The notes: generated from the letters alone by a model not told the origin. Counted from the stretch's first letter, positions 14,351 through 28,991 are shown. The stretch: DNA of 64,000 bases from Octopus vulgaris (GCA_951406725.2 OX597814.1:75454001-75518000); one strand, 5' to 3'. Numbers and translations: made by a program.

Positions 14351-15890
14351 GAAAGTAAAAGACATCCAACCAAAAGCAATAAAAAATAAAATAAAATAAA
14401 ATACATGAATTAGGAAATGACAGAGAGACACTGACAACAAGTAAGTGAATGTGGGTGGTGATTTCAAACATATTGCCATTTCAACTAGCAACATGTCCTG
14501 ATAAAATATTGCAGAACCCATGAAGTTACAAAAGCAATTCCAAGAAGAAAACTGAGTAAAATATCTTGTGATTTTAAGTTAGATTTCTTTATGCTTTCTG
14601 TTAAAATCTCATTAAGGCTACTTTGTTTTGACATTATTCCTAGGTCATTAAAATAAAGTACTAGTCAAGTACTGGAGTTGTTAGGAAAATGAAAAATTCA
14701 GGTGCAGAATCCTAGAATATTCCTAAGTATTGAACCTGGAAAAGTACAGAACGAGCAGTAATTAAGCTTGGAAGAAGAAGAAGAAGAAAACTTAAAATAT
14801 TTCTGCTGTGGTTCAAATTTAAAAGCTAAAATAGTAATAAATGCTCTTTTCTTTTTAATTTTGACTTGAAAGTGTAAGTTAAAATATACAAGAAGCTACT
14901 TATTTTCAATTTTAGTGAAAAGTGTAATTGCCTGTAAGTTTACATGTTAAGAATTTGATATTACAAATATATATATTTAAAAAATCACATAATAGCAATT
15001 TAAGCAAGATTGACAATTACAACCCCTTTTTTTTTTTTTTTTTTTTTTAAGTTAGAGAATCATTTCTACATCTTGTACTCTATTTATCCATTAACTTTCA
15101 TTTTTTAAAAATATTTTTTTATCTGTAAATAGAAGATACTTTTGTTATCTGATAATGCAAACTTTAAAGAAATTACTACTGCTTCTTTAAAAAAAATTTT
15201 CTTTTATTATATTTTATTCTTCTGAGTTACATATATTCTACACGAGTTTAATTTTATAACTATATCAGTGATTTAAAAATTTTGGATGAGTTTCATTAAG
15301 AAAATAGAATTAAAAAATAAAATAATACTAAAAATACTCAGAAAGGTTTTAGCCTAATACAAAGCAATATTTAAATCAGAAAATATTAACTTAAATTTTA
15401 ATAAATTGCAATAAAAAGTAAAAAATATAAAAAACAAAACAGTGCACACACTATCTGATGAACAATTTCAGAAATTTATTAAATAAATTCTAACTCCGGT
15501 AGCAATATTTACCCCATGCATGTAAGCAAAAGTAGGGTATTGTAGTCACTTATCTTTGTGTGTCTGCAAATTTACTGGAAAATGGCAGAATGGATTTTCA
15601 TCAATTTTTGGCAGAAATACTCATTGGGTGAGTGGCTTGTATTCATTATTTTGGTTTGATTATCTTCAAAACTGGCGGATGGGTGAAACAAAATGTTTTT
15701 TTTTTTTCTTTGTCTACATATGCATAAACGATAAGCAGGGGAAATAACTTTTGATGTCATATGAATTCGTCTGAGAATATATTTATTAATTTGAATTTAT
15801 TTTATCCTTCTGCTATGCATTGCTCCTCTGATGTGTCTTTTTTCTCATTTAAGTTTTGTTTCCTTCTTGTCCAGTACTTTTCCAGGCTTA

Positions 15891-16292
15891 CTGTATGTAC
15901 TCGACTACAAAACAACCTTACCTATAAGACACACCTCCGACTTACAGGGTTCAAATCGAGAATTTTATCACTGACTCAACTATAAGTTGCAGTGACGTTT
16001 TTGATGCAGGAAAGGAAACCTTGATTAGGAATCATGCAGACATAGTTGTTCAGTGAGCGAGATTTCAATATGCTGAAGATGACTTACAACAACTATTATC
16101 CCATTTAAGTCCATGCATTTTAGAAACTGTTGTTTATGATGTAAAATGTTATTCTAAGCGTCAGAACTTCAGACATGGCTTGTACCTAGAAAATTTCTGA
16201 GGATTTTTTTATAGAATGCGGTAAGTCACACCCCCAACTTTAGGTGAAAATTTCAGGGGTAAAAAGTGTGACTTATAGCTGAGTATATATGG
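15891..16292. mobile_element. Tc1/mariner-pogo type MITE
   Basis: TA|ctgtatgtactcgactacaa...cttatagctgagtatatatgg|TA: degenerate TIRs with TA target duplication. Confidence 0.7.
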
Positions 16293-16564
16293 TAATTACT
16301 GCTTGCTCGGTAATTTTCCAGGTTCAATACTTAATAATCTAGGATTCTGTGCCAGCATTTTTCATTGCAGACAATTTTATTTTCCAGGCAATGCTTCTAT
16401 TATTATAATTGTATTTACCTTTATAATTGAAAAACTGATATGATTGTAAATACTTTTTAAATACAGAGTTATTTAAAATTTTGTCTGCATCTAAAAGTAA
16501 CAAAAGGTTAATAGCAGTATAACCATTACAAATAAATATATTTTTATATAATTTTTATTATAAA

Positions 16565-16678
16565 ACTAGTAGAAATACCTGGCATTGCTCAGGATTAAAA
16601 TGGTTCTAGTTTGTATACATATGTATCTAACAGCGGTGCATCAGCATGACCGCAGCTCTGAGCTTAAAGTCGAGAGGG

Positions 16679-16738
<60 letters not shown>

Positions 16739-18636
16739 CAGTTACATTGAAACAGGTGATAAGGGGAAAGTGCAGCATTGACGACAAAACATTTGTGGAG
16801 TAAATGATGGTCTAATTCGACTAGGCAACATATAATACGTTCATTTGGAGTATTCCATGCTCTGACCTATCATGGAAAATTGGGAGTTAGGGGGTTTGTA
16901 ATTTTTTTTAACCCACTGAAAAGCTGTCAGTACAAATACTCGCCTTTGAGGTGGTCAGTGCTGTATCTAATGTGACCAATCATATGGTTGACAGTCAAAT
17001 TAATGGAGATGTGATGGAGATGTATGTAAATGGGTAAATTCTGGAAATGGGCTGCAATGGGAGACAGCAACAGGGAAGTGAACTGTTGAAATGTTGCAGA
17101 AGGAGAAGGGTTGACATTGGATTGTTAGTGTGACTGTAGAATAAGTAACATAAAGTGAGCCTATGCCGTCACATGAGAATATGTAGTAATGAATTACTTG
17201 AAAGAATAAGGCATGTGGTATGTATATAGTAGGTTTGTATTTTTGTATGCAGTGTAAATTAACAAAATATAAGCAAATGAACAAAATAGGAGCACATGTA
17301 TGAAACTGCTAATTCAACAACAAATGCCTCAATAATTAGTACAGAGAGACAAAGAATTGTACATATATATATATATATAGGATAAATTTCTAAATGTAAG
17401 GGTAAATATGTAATTGTAAGTACCTTGCAACTGTTGTGATAATTATTAACTAGTGATGGAACAGTAAATGTATATTTTTATCTATACCTTGGACCTTACT
17501 ACCTCATTTTTTTTTCAAGAGTTTCATCTGTAGAACATTCAGGCATGTCAACCATCACATATGTACATGTATGTGTAGATGTGTATGTGTGTGTTTAATA
17601 ACACATAAACTCACACACTCACAGATACATACACTCAGACAGATATACACTCATATACAAAATGTGTTGATGTGGTATAAAATGTTCCTGACATACATTC
17701 ACATAAATATACAAAGATAGCCACACAGAGACATACATTTACACATGTCAGTCATTACATATATATATGTGTGTGTAGATGTGTGTGTATGTTTAATAAC
17801 GTACTTAACATGGAAACACACACACTATGAGACATATACACACTCATACACTTACACACATACACTCATAGACAGATACAGTCAAATACAAAATGTGATG
17901 TCTTTCTCATCATGGTATAAAATGTCCTGTTGACAATAGAAAGATTATCTCTGAAATTTTATATTGCTTTAATTGAAATGAAAATAAAATTTCATATTGA
18001 CACTGACCAGCCCCCACATACATATACTGTCCTTAATAGCATACCTAATGCCGAAGGACACACACACTGTGAGACATATACACACTCGTACACTCACACA
18101 CATACATTCACAGACAGATACACAGTCATATACAAAATGCGATGTCATTGTCATCATGGTTAACCAGCCCTCACATACATATAGTGTGTTTAATAACATA
18201 CAGTGGGATGTATACATACTCACACACGCTGTTGTAGTGGTTAAAAGTAAAAGTATAAAAGTGAAACAGTGTGTTTAATAACATACCTAACATGGAAAGA
18301 CACACACACACTGTAAGACATATACACACTCATACATTCACACACATACACACAGCCATATACAAAATGTGACATCGTCGTCGGCATGATTAGAATTAAA
18401 AGTAAAAGTATAAAAGTGAATCAATATATCACAATACTATATAGATGTTATTCTTTCACTTTTATTCTTTGAGTTTTGACATGTAACATGGAACCAGTGC
18501 TAATGTTGCATTGTTTTAATCCCCAAAAATTACATGTTGACATTCATGGGGCCTCATGGCATTAGCATGTAAAATTTGATTTGATTGGGTTGAGCTGTTT
18601 GAGAATGCATTGGGAACAGATAGAGAGACAAAGGAT

Positions 18637-18645
<9 letters not shown>
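16565..18645 (+). mobile_element. Putative Helentron/HINE (DINE-1-like) non-autonomous element with internal tandem repeats
   Basis: 5' actag...atacctggcattgctcagg; 3' aaatttgatttgattgg...acagatagagagaca...ttttatttatata; four imperfect ~190-250-bp CA-rich units at 17545-18430. Family assignment is from recalled architecture only. Confidence 0.45.
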
Positions 18646-18689
<44 letters not shown>

Positions 18690-18691
<2 letters not shown>

Positions 18692-18779
18692 GGGCCTGGC
18701 GCAGCCTTCTGGCTTCCCAGACCCTAGTTGAACAATCCAACCCATGCTAGCATGGAAAACGGACGTTAAACGATGATGA

Positions 18780-18783
<4 letters not shown>
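18690..18783 (+). mobile_element. RTE 3' tail inserted in (TA)n
   Basis: ctgggcctggcgcagccttctggcttcccag...gacgttaaacgatgatgat, flanked on both sides by (TA)n. Confidence 0.85.
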
Positions 18784-18859
<76 letters not shown>

Positions 18860-19029
18860 TATATTTGTATAATGTTATATTCCATTAAAATAATTAATAA
18901 GCAGTTTTTCTCAAAGAGTGTAATTTTACATTTTATTATGTTTTTAATATGTACATATTTTAATATGAAATTAGAATAATGAAAATTAATATGAAATCAC
19001 AAAATCATAACTTTTTTTATGCTTAATAT

Positions 19030-20750
19030 TTTTAGATGGGCTTTTTCTAAAATATTTGTCTCAAATAACACTTTCCCTTTAGTTCAAATGATATGATTTT
19101 TTTCTTAGAAAGATAAAAATATTTTGATTTCTTAAAATTATTGCTTTATTTTTCATCACTTAAAGCCACACAACTTTTTTGTAGCTAATATTTTTTGACA
19201 AAACTTTTACCATATGATTCTTTTCATAGCGCTTTTTCACTTGAAGTAAACTCAAATGCAGAAGAGCTGTGAAAACAGCTTAGAAGAAATAGAAAATGGG
19301 GGAAAAAGTGGCTAGTAGGTCACTAATGAGAAAAAAGCCCACACCTCTCCAACTCTGCTTAAGCATCTGTACTATTAAGCTAAATGATCCATGACATCAG
19401 ACATTTTATGATGCTAAACATCTTAAAATGACAAACATTTTCATTTTTTAAAAGTATCACTCTTTTTATCATCACTTAATGCCAGACCTTTTTTTCTTTT
19501 TGCAGCTAATAACTTTTGATGAGGTTTTCACCATAATATTTATCTCATAGAGCTCTTTTATTTGAAATCAACTATAGTATAGTTTTCTTCAATATTAGCT
19601 GAGATATTTTGATTCAAAGTCAATTTTTGTGGATTACTTTTTTTTTTTTTGTCACTTAATGCTACACTACTTTTTTCCTAGCTGGTATTTTTTAACAAGA
19701 TTTTCACCAAAAGATTCTTCTCAATGAACACATTCTTTTAAACTCAGTTAATCTATACTTTCCTTTTAAAATAACTGAGATATTTTGATTCAAAATCAAT
19801 TTTTCGCCATAATCTCCCATTTTCAGTCTCACATATTTTGACCTAATCTTTTTTTAATGTGCTAAGTTTCAATTATTTCATCTCAAAATGTAGCAAAAGT
19901 CTGAACCATCATTGCTAAAAAAAATTGCATTCAATTTGGTTGAGAACTGAATTAGTGATGAAGCCTCAAAGAGCTTACATGTGACTAAAATTTGACCCTA
20001 AGAATAACTTTCAAGTGCTATGTGTGTTGGTATTCTACAGAAAATAAAGGAAACTTCAAACTCTGTAGAACACTGAAAACAGCTTAGATTGGTTAAATAG
20101 CCTTAGAAAATGAGAGGGGGTGGGAGTAGCTAGCAAGCCGCTACAGAGAGTCGAACACAGTACCTCACCATCTCTTAGACACCATCTTTTATAACACTAA
20201 AAATCTTAAAATAAAATCATTTTGTTAAAATTATCACCCTTTTTCATCACTTAAAGCTACACTACTTTCTTTCTAGCTAATATTTTTTATGAGGTTTTCA
20301 GCATAAGGTTCATTTCACAGGGCTCTTTCATATGAACAACTATTATATAATTTCTTTAACCAAAGCTGCCTTGATTTAAATTTGATTTGGGGAATGGGAT
20401 TTTCATCATTTAAAGCCACACTACTGTTTTCATAGCAAGAGATTTCACCAAAAGATTGTTCTCAATGAGTACATTCTTTTAAACCCAATTAATCTACACT
20501 TTTCTTTTAAAATAACTGAAACATTTTATTCAAAATCAATATTTTGCTTACTCTCCATTTTTGACCTCATATTTTTTGATCTAACTTTTTCTTTTATTTT
20601 TTGAATGAACCAAATTTCAATTGTCTGATCTCAAAATGTAGCCTAGGACTGGACCATTATTGCTTAAAAAAGAACACATTTAATTTGTTTGAGAATTGAA
20701 TTAATAAGTGAAGCCGAGAAGTGCTTGTGGGCAACTAAAAGTTAACCTCA
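19030..20750. repeat. Degenerate tandem duplication (~750-810-bp units) with internal subrepeats; probable Helentron-like element
   Basis: Units ~19245-19995 and ~20058-20750 share gaaaacagcttaga, repeated catcacttaa(a/t)gc(c/t)acactactttt and the end motif ttgagaa(c/t)tgaatta...gaagcc...actaaaa. Confidence 0.65.
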
Positions 20751-20879
20751 AAAATATATTCACCCACTGCTGTGGGTGAATGATAACTGACAAACTTTGT
20801 ACCCTCAAAACTGATAGCTTTGTGTCTAAATTAGAAACAATTATTACTATTATTATTATTATTATTATTATTATATTAT

Positions 20880-21420
20880 TCTGCCAAGGTCATCGTTTCA
20901 GGGTCAATAAATTAAGCATCAGTTATGCACTGGGGTCAATATAATTGACTTAATCCCTTCCCCCAAATTTGAGGCCTTGTGCTTCCAGTAGAAAAAAAAT
21001 TATTATTATTATTATTATTATAATTATCATTATCATCATCATCAACAACATTATTGAGATGGCAAGCTAGCAGAATCATTAGTGCACTTATTTACCTTTC
21101 ATCTTTTTAGGGGTTGATAAAATAAGTACCAGTTGAGCATAGGAGTTGATGTAATTGACTTACCCCATCCCCTAGAATTTCAAGCCTTGTGCTTATAGTG
21201 GAAAGTGAGGTTGCCAAATCGCTACCATGCTGGACAAAATGCTTAGCAGCATTTTTTCTGGTTTTATGTTCTGAGTTCAAATTCTGATGAGGTCATCTTT
21301 GCCTTTCTTCCCTTTGAGGTTGATGAAATAAGTACCACTCAAGCACTGGGACTAATATAATCAACTTTGTCCTCCCCTCAAAATTGTTGGTCTTGTGACA
21401 AAATTGGAAAAGATTATTAT
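20880..21420 (+). mobile_element. Cluster of three truncated SINE cores separated by (ATT)n
   Basis: Three copies of gg(t)tgat(a)aaataagtacc...gcactgggg...taattgactt...cccc..aaatt...gccttgtg. Confidence 0.65.
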
Positions 21421-21921
21421 AACTGTCGTTGTTGTTAAATCACCAGAGGAGTGACAAATACTGTGAAAAAAACTGATCATGTATCAGGAATCCAAGGTTA
21501 TAACCGTTTTAATTCCTATTCGAAGTCTTTTAATTCATGTCATGATGCTAATGTAATTGAGAAAAGGTCACACAAACTCGTGCTACTCCTCTACAAATCT
21601 CTGCCTGGCATTTTGCCGATGCAATAATTTTTCAAAAATTATTATAAGTGTATGAACCAATATATTTTTATTTTTGCCAATAAAATAATCTAACAGGCCA
21701 AATACAAGAGTGAAACATTATTGCTTTATATTTATTCTTCTAACAACACGGATTACAATTTACTTTTCATTGAGATCAAATTGAATTCTATTCAATATTT
21801 TCATAGCAGAATAGAAATATGCTTTCATGCAGCAATTATGATTGCAGCTGGTCATACTTTCTAGTCTTGACTAATCAAATATAAAGGAGAGGAAGAACTA
21901 ATTTCTAGCAAGGCAAGTTAA

Positions 21922-22142
21922 CCCTTTAGCATTTAAACCAGCCATATCCAGCTAAAATATTCCACTTGTTTTACCTTTAAACTGACCAGATCTGACCTAT
22001 CACACTTACCCTACAATGTTATTCTAAAACAATAAACAATCACATCATTGAAATCCCAAAGCTGAGATAATGCATGTCTAATTCAAAACAACGTGAATGA
22101 ATAAACATTACATTTGACAGAGAAATCCGATTGCTAAAAGGC
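21922..22142. mobile_element. ~220-bp TTAA MITE (piggyBac-like)
   Basis: TTAA|ccctttagca...tgctaaaaggc|TTAA; homologs at 32010-32224 and 39763-39974. Confidence 0.8.
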
Positions 22143-22291
22143 TTAAGTCCTTTGCTGGGAAGAATAACAGAATAGCTGATGAGGCAACAAGTAAACCTCA
22201 TAGTCCTAACCCTATCAAAATAGCAGCCAAAGAATTTCTTAGAAAATTACTATTTTTAAAATCTCACAATATGAGATATTCAGCAACAGTA

Positions 22292-22549
22292 CTTTGTAGT
22301 AAAGATTGTTTGCCAACATAACATGGCAGTCCTGGTTTAGGACTAATGTTGCTGTAATTTAGCACCAGGAGGCATCATCTCCAGTTGGCTATATGACATG
22401 ATCTGTGTCCTTACATTTTCAAACAAGGGAATCTATCTAGATTCCCTTATAGCCAACTGGAGACGATACCTCCTGGGGCTAAATTACAGCAACATTAGTC
22501 CTAAACTAAGACTTCCATGTTATGTTGGCAAACAATCTTTATTACAAAG
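22292..22549. mobile_element. Fold-back MITE with ~100-bp arms
   Basis: ctttgtagtaaagattgtttgccaac...ccagttggctata is the near-exact reverse complement of tatagccaactgg...gttggcaaacaatctttattacaaag; inner hairpin aagggaatcta-tc-tagattccctt. Confidence 0.85.
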
Positions 22550-23937
22550 AATTTCTTGTTTTAAAAAAGGACATACTGGATAGTATGTCATCAGTTTTAT
22601 GACCACTTTTCTAAGCTTGCATAGGTCAGATAGAACTTTGTTGGTGTATTACTGTCAGGTGCCTTTCCTACTGCCACCCCTCACTTGCATCCAAGTAAAG
22701 TAATATTTCCTTGGCTTCAGGAAGGGTGTCCACTTGAAGAAACCATGTCAAATCAGACTGGAACCTGGTGCAGCTCTCCATGTTGCCAGCTCTGATCCAA
22801 CCATCCAACCCGTAACTGCATGTAAAACGAATGTTAAATGATGAACTGGACATGCTTTCAAGGAAGATTTGGAATGAAGGAAATTGCTTGCATGATGGTG
22901 ACATCCATTTACAACAATCACACAATGTCAAGGCAAGGACACACACACGTGTGCATACAAGCTTTTTTCAATTTCTGTCTAGTAGATCCACTCACAAGGA
23001 CTTTGTCAACTCAAGACTATAACAGAAGATGCTTGCAGTGGAATATAACATGAAAGCATGTGGTTGAGAAGCAAACTGCTTCCCACACAGCTATTTCTTG
23101 TGCCTACATTAAAAAAAAAAACCGAAGAAGTGTAATGGTCACCTCTGATCATAGGTATACTCAATCAGGATTGACATATGAGTTAAACCACAGTAGAGTA
23201 GTTGTGGTAATGTTTATATTCATGGCCACATGGTTAATAATAGAGCAGTTTAACTTCCAAGCTATTTTTGCTACATATAGCAACCATGTCCTTTTCTCCA
23301 TTCTTATATAATTTGTTTCCCCTCACTACAAAGCAGTTTTGATAAGCGAATATACCTTACAACATATTATAATGTTGTTCTATTCAAAGACATGTTTGCT
23401 GTCATTCTTAGCTAAAAGATTTATCTCTAAAGAGTGAACTGAATGTAAAAACTAAGTAGAAAGAAAAGGAACAACTCAATCTATTCATTGCAACAGATTC
23501 AAAAATAATGTTTGGCAAGTGATAACTTTGTTTTAGGGATTTTTGGTTAACCTAATGCTATAACACCAATTTCTACAGAAGCTATTTGTAAACTATTTTA
23601 TAATGTACTGACTCTTTTTCTAAGGGAACACAAATGAAAGATATCATACAAAATATATTCTATAACTACCTATGCTTAAGAAGAGGTAAGGATATTTTGC
23701 TTCAGCTGGCATTTGATGAAAAAAAAAATTATAAAATAAATTAAGATTACGGCTTATAGGCATCTATCGTTTATATTGTTATCTTTATTTATAATAAAGT
23801 TACTTAATCCTTTTTAATGAAATACCTTAGAAACAGAATATGAACAGTAATTAACTCTTGGAACAAATAAAATATGTGATTAACTGACAAGTGATTCTGA
23901 AGTTACAATATCTCTATGTTCAATATAATGTGTTAAT

Positions 23938-24330
23938 TTTATTTTATGGAAGCACTCCGTCGCTTACGACGACGAGGGTTCCGGTTGATCCAATCAACGG
24001 AACAGCCTGCTCGTGAAATTAACGTGTAAATGGCTGAGCACTCCACAGACACGTGTACCCTTAACATAGTTCTCGGGGATATTCAGCGTGACACAGAGAG
24101 TGACAAGGCCGGCCCTTTGAAATACAGGTACAACAGAAACAGGAAGTAAGAGTGAGAGAAAGTTGTGGTGAAAGAGTACAGCAGGGATCACCACCATCCC
24201 CTGCCGGAGCCTCGTGGAGCTTTAGGTGTTTCCGCTCAATAAACACTCACAACGCCCGGTCTGGGAATCGAAACCGCGATCCTACGACCGCGAGTCCGCT
24301 GCCCTAACCACTGGGCCATTGCGCCTCCAC
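23938..24330 (-). mobile_element. Young full-length tRNA-derived SINE with 11-bp TSD
   Basis: A box TGGCCCAGTGG (24308-24318), B box GTTTCGATTCC (24264-24274), CpGs retained, A-rich tail; TSD aatgtgttaat at 23927-23937 and 24331-24341. Confidence 0.92.
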
Positions 24331-25140
24331 AATGTGTTAATACTGATTACTAATTCACTAAGCTCAAAATTTGTGTGCAGTGAGAGGTGGAATAAAATAT
24401 ACAAGTTGTACTTAGTTGAACATATATTTTTTTATTATTAACAATAATACTTTTTACAATAAAAACTGGAAAACAAAAACAGTGTGTATGTGTTGTTGGA
24501 GAGCATGTGTGTGTGCACACATACATATATCAATTATTAAGCATAAGTGATAGGAGGGAAGACCCAAAGTGAGGTATAAATTGATAAAGATTTTTCAACA
24601 TTAAACATACAACTATTCTAAGTAGAGATTGTAAATCAAATTTTAGTATCATTCAAATAATGAACACCACATGGCAGTATTACTTCAGTTGATGATATCA
24701 TATCAGACTGTAGAATACATAATAGAATGACAGGCAGTTATTTACAGTATATATATCCATATAGGATATAAGTGGAAAAATGAGTTTGAAGTATAAAGTT
24801 AGAATTAAAAGAGAGGGGAAATAAATGAGATAATGGATGAACGAGTTTGAAGAAATAGTGAAATGAAGCAAAGCTATGAAGGCAGGCAGTAATATTAATT
24901 TGATAACTACTGATCTTTCAGCCATGTCAACAAAGTTGAATAGTGTCGACAGTGAAGGGATACAACAGGAAACACTTCTTCCATTGATAGATTTTCTATT
25001 TGAAATGAGGAAGGAAGAGGAGACAGTTATAATGATACATTAAAAATCACAACTTAATCATGCATGGTTGAATAAATGGAAATAAGAGGAATGATGGAGA
25101 GAAAACAGACAGCAATAACCAAAATATCAGGATAACATTA

Positions 25141-25167
25141 TCTCTCTCTCTCTCTATCTATCTATCT

Positions 25168-25223
<56 letters not shown>

Positions 25224-25264
25224 ATCAGTGAAGTATGTGAGAGAGTGCATATGTATGTGTGTGT

Positions 25265-25352
<88 letters not shown>
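25141..25352. repeat. Compound microsatellite (TC)n/(TA)n/(TG)n/(ATAG)n
   Basis: Read directly from the sequence. Confidence 0.95.
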
Positions 25353-28259
25353 ATACATATAAAAATAATGTCCTAGCAGTACTAAGGCTGCAGAATTAGA
25401 ATCGCACTAAATATAACAACAAGTGGGTGAGCAAGAACATTCTGAAGAACACAGAGATAGCAAACTAACAAAGAACACTAACATAAGGAAACCTATCACT
25501 ATTGAAAGGCAATAAATAATCTATAAGTTTTTTTGTTTTTTTTTTGCTTTTACAAAACATTTTGTAATCTTGTAAAAGGCTCTAGTCTTTCACAAGTTGC
25601 TAAAGAGTTGACAAATTTGGGTGTTTTAAGATTCTATGTTCCTATATTGCAATATACACATCTAAGTTAATGAAATGAAATGAAGGAAATGTTATGCTAA
25701 AATGTGGCTATGATAAGCTAGTCATGTATTGGTGTCTGAGCTGTAAGTTGTTTGTGTGCTACTGTACAAATTCTATTGCAATCATAAATAAAACTACTCT
25801 ACATAAAGATTCATGGCTTTTAAATCAATCATAATTTTGGTGATCACATCTAGTTGCACTCTTCTGTATTAGTATCATCCAGTTATGAACGACATAAAGC
25901 CTGCATATTTTAAACAGTGACAACAGCTCCAGAAAAATTTGAAGCAAAATATTTAATGAGAAAGTCTAATTTCAGTTCCAGTTGATTAAATGATTAGTTA
26001 ATAAAAAAACTGAGAGCAGATTGGTTTGTATCCAGTGATGAGCTTGAAGCTGTGTTCTCTAGCAAAATTAGTAAGTTCTTATGGGTTCCAGTTCACCTAG
26101 CTGTAATTAGTTACTATGGGAAGGACAATTTATTATGACAAGCAGCAAGGGAACTATAGCAGATGAATGCTTCATTAGCTTTTGATGTTGGGTTCAAATC
26201 TACTCATTAATTTACTAGAGATAAATAATAGCAGCAGCATTATTACCTAAACTATACAAACAGGTTAAAAAAAACACACTCGCTTCTTGAAGTTTTACAA
26301 ACAATCAACTGATTAGTCAATATAAATTAGGATTAGTAAAGAAATATGTACACATTAAAATAATTTAAAATTATAGGAAAACAAATAAAAAATCTTTAAA
26401 TTCTAATGCATAAAATGTTTTTAAGCCATTTTAGTTTAAGATTCAGTTTTAAAGTAGATTCATTCAGGAAACTATATACCTAGCTGGCCACCTGTTCAAA
26501 TGTTAAACACAATAATGCTATTCTGATGTCCTACTAGATACCTTGAATTCAAGATTTTATTTTACCACAGCCCAGAGTAGTAAGGAAGATATCTTGAATC
26601 AAAAACAGGTTATATTTCTGATAAATTATGATAAGAAAAAAAAGAAGAAAAAAACAAATAAAGTAAAAAGAAAAAGACATTACTTTTCTTTGGTAGTGTT
26701 ACTGTTGGTTCAGGGTGTAACTGACTGGAATGGCAAGCTGAAACATTAAGCACTAAATCATCTGAGACCACTTGTACTAAAGACTGTGATTCATCATCAT
26801 CATTGTTTTGGCAAGACATACAACAGGCTTTTTTCTACCAAATCCACTCATAAGGTTTTGCTTGACCTGGAACTATAAAAGGAAAAACTTTCCCAAGGTG
26901 CCACACAGTGGGACTGAACTCAAAACCATGTTTTGGGGAAGTGAAATTCTTAACCATACAGCCATGCTGCCTGTGCCTGTTCATATTAAATTAAAATCTC
27001 ACATTTTGCTAGATATGTTATACTGGTATTAGAAGTTATAGCTATTTTAATAAATCCTTCAAACATTTTGATTATATTAAAAATGAGCTGAAACATATAG
27101 GCAGTCCCCTGGTTGTAAATATGATCACAAGGGTTAAAAAACTTTTATCTAGCAAATTAAAACTAAAAGAGAGATGTGTAAAAATGTACCATCAACAAGA
27201 AAGATCATAGAGAGAGGGGGAGAGAGAGAGAAAGAAAGTAAGAGTAATATAGTTGATCCTGCAATGTTAAGGCTGCAATATACGTTGAGCAAAGGGTCAA
27301 ATCTACTAGTTCCAATTCATACATGTAGAATAGAAATATTTGATATTCTCAAATAGTGATGTCAGTGCTAGGAATATATATGCTAGGCAGTAAAGCAAGT
27401 ATTGTTAGATGTATTTTGATGTTTCTTTTTCAACATATTTGCTGCAATCTGTTTCTTATCACATTTTATGTAAAGTTTATAATATAGTTGAATATGACAT
27501 CTAAAGAAAGACATTATCGTGAGTTGTGCATTTTCTATTGTATTATCTGCATGGTACTTTAATACTTTTTCTGTATAGCTTATTATATTTATGCTGCCTT
27601 TTGTTATATTTTGGCTATTGTCATGTAGAACAGACAGTTCTTATTCTTAGATACAACAGGCAATCACTATTATCAGGCAACTGCTATCCCGTGTAGTCTA
27701 TTATATCAAGGGTCAACAGAAAAAGTTGGCAGAGACATTATTGGTTCTTAAAATATCTTAGTTTATTGATCTTTTTTTTTTTTTTTTTACCAGGATGAGG
27801 TAAGGGGTTGTTATGCCAGTGTCAGTGGGATACTATGTAAATGTAAATATTTCTAGGAATTATTTAAGTGTAAAATCAACTGAAACAAATAGCAGACTAC
27901 CTCAAAATTTTGTGTTTGATAACAAGGTCAATAGAACAACAGGATTCAAAATTATAACCCCTGAATTAATAGTTTTGCCTTATCTAATGACTCAGTCAGC
28001 TGTGAAACAGAAGTTAATTGTACATTATATGTGAGGACTGAAAATATGTGCAAACTAGTGTTAAAGTAGATTAACTAGCACCAGTGGTGAAAATATCTTC
28101 AAGAACTCTCTGTTAAAGGTTGCCTCATACATAATTGATGCAGACATGACTGTTGCAGCCAGAAACTTTAATGGTCACACAGGAAATCACTCATCACTGT
28201 TGTTACATATTGTTACTAAAACCAGAAATAAAGACAGAAAATGTTACTAAAATTCAGTA

Positions 28260-28307
<48 letters not shown>

Positions 28308-28399
28308 GATTTTCTGAGAAAGTAATGAATCAAGTTACAACTAATTCTGTAGAATAGAATGGCATTAGTATCATGACAATTGTTGCAAAGAAATCTCCA

Positions 28400-28880
28400 C
28401 TGCACCAGTTCTTTCATCTACAAGTTTGCAGACTATCATAAACTACTACAAAAGAAAGATGGTAATGAACATCAAGTAAATGAATGTGTCTTCTGATAGT
28501 GAAGTTGGAGAGATAACACAAAGTGTAATAAAAGAATATATGAAACAGATATAGAAGAGCTGTGAAAAAGGAAAAAACAGAAATATTGAAACACTGACTA
28601 CTACAATGGCTAGTGCTAGAAAGAGACAGATACAAATTAATTAATACCTTTAAAAATATTGGGATAAGTGGGGTTAACTTCAGACTAGAACAATTAAGTG
28701 AACTACAGAACAAGATGACACAACTAATGTTGGCAGATGAGCAACAAGTAAGAAAAGAGGAATATATGACAGATTTCATGTACAATACAAAGTTGGCTGA
28801 AGATATAATTATAGTGCACAACAAAGAATTTCCTTTAGAGATAGTTTTGAGTAAATCAGAAAGCATTTTTGATGCTGATT
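28400..28880 (+). pseudogene. Highly decayed LINE (RTE-like) linker fragment
   Basis: ORF 28613-28933 loosely resembles the EN-RT linker (…EEYMTDFMYN…); weak similarity only. Confidence 0.35.
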
Positions 28881-28991
28881 TTAAAACTGTCTTGGGGTTT
28901 TTTTTTTCCATCAACCTGTATAGTTCAAGTTAAGACCAATTATACATTATTTACATTTGACGGATATTTGGCCTCATCTTGTTTGTTCTTA

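Noticed and set aside
15455-15480. Other CTGATGA/CTGAAGA hits (e.g. ~15455, ~21284, ~40068, ~55662, ~62172)
   Set aside because: No stem II plus GAAA plus NUH and stem I pairing.
24255-24330. tRNA gene (also 29825-29893)
   Set aside because: No complete acceptor stem or cloverleaf; these are tRNA-derived heads within repeats.
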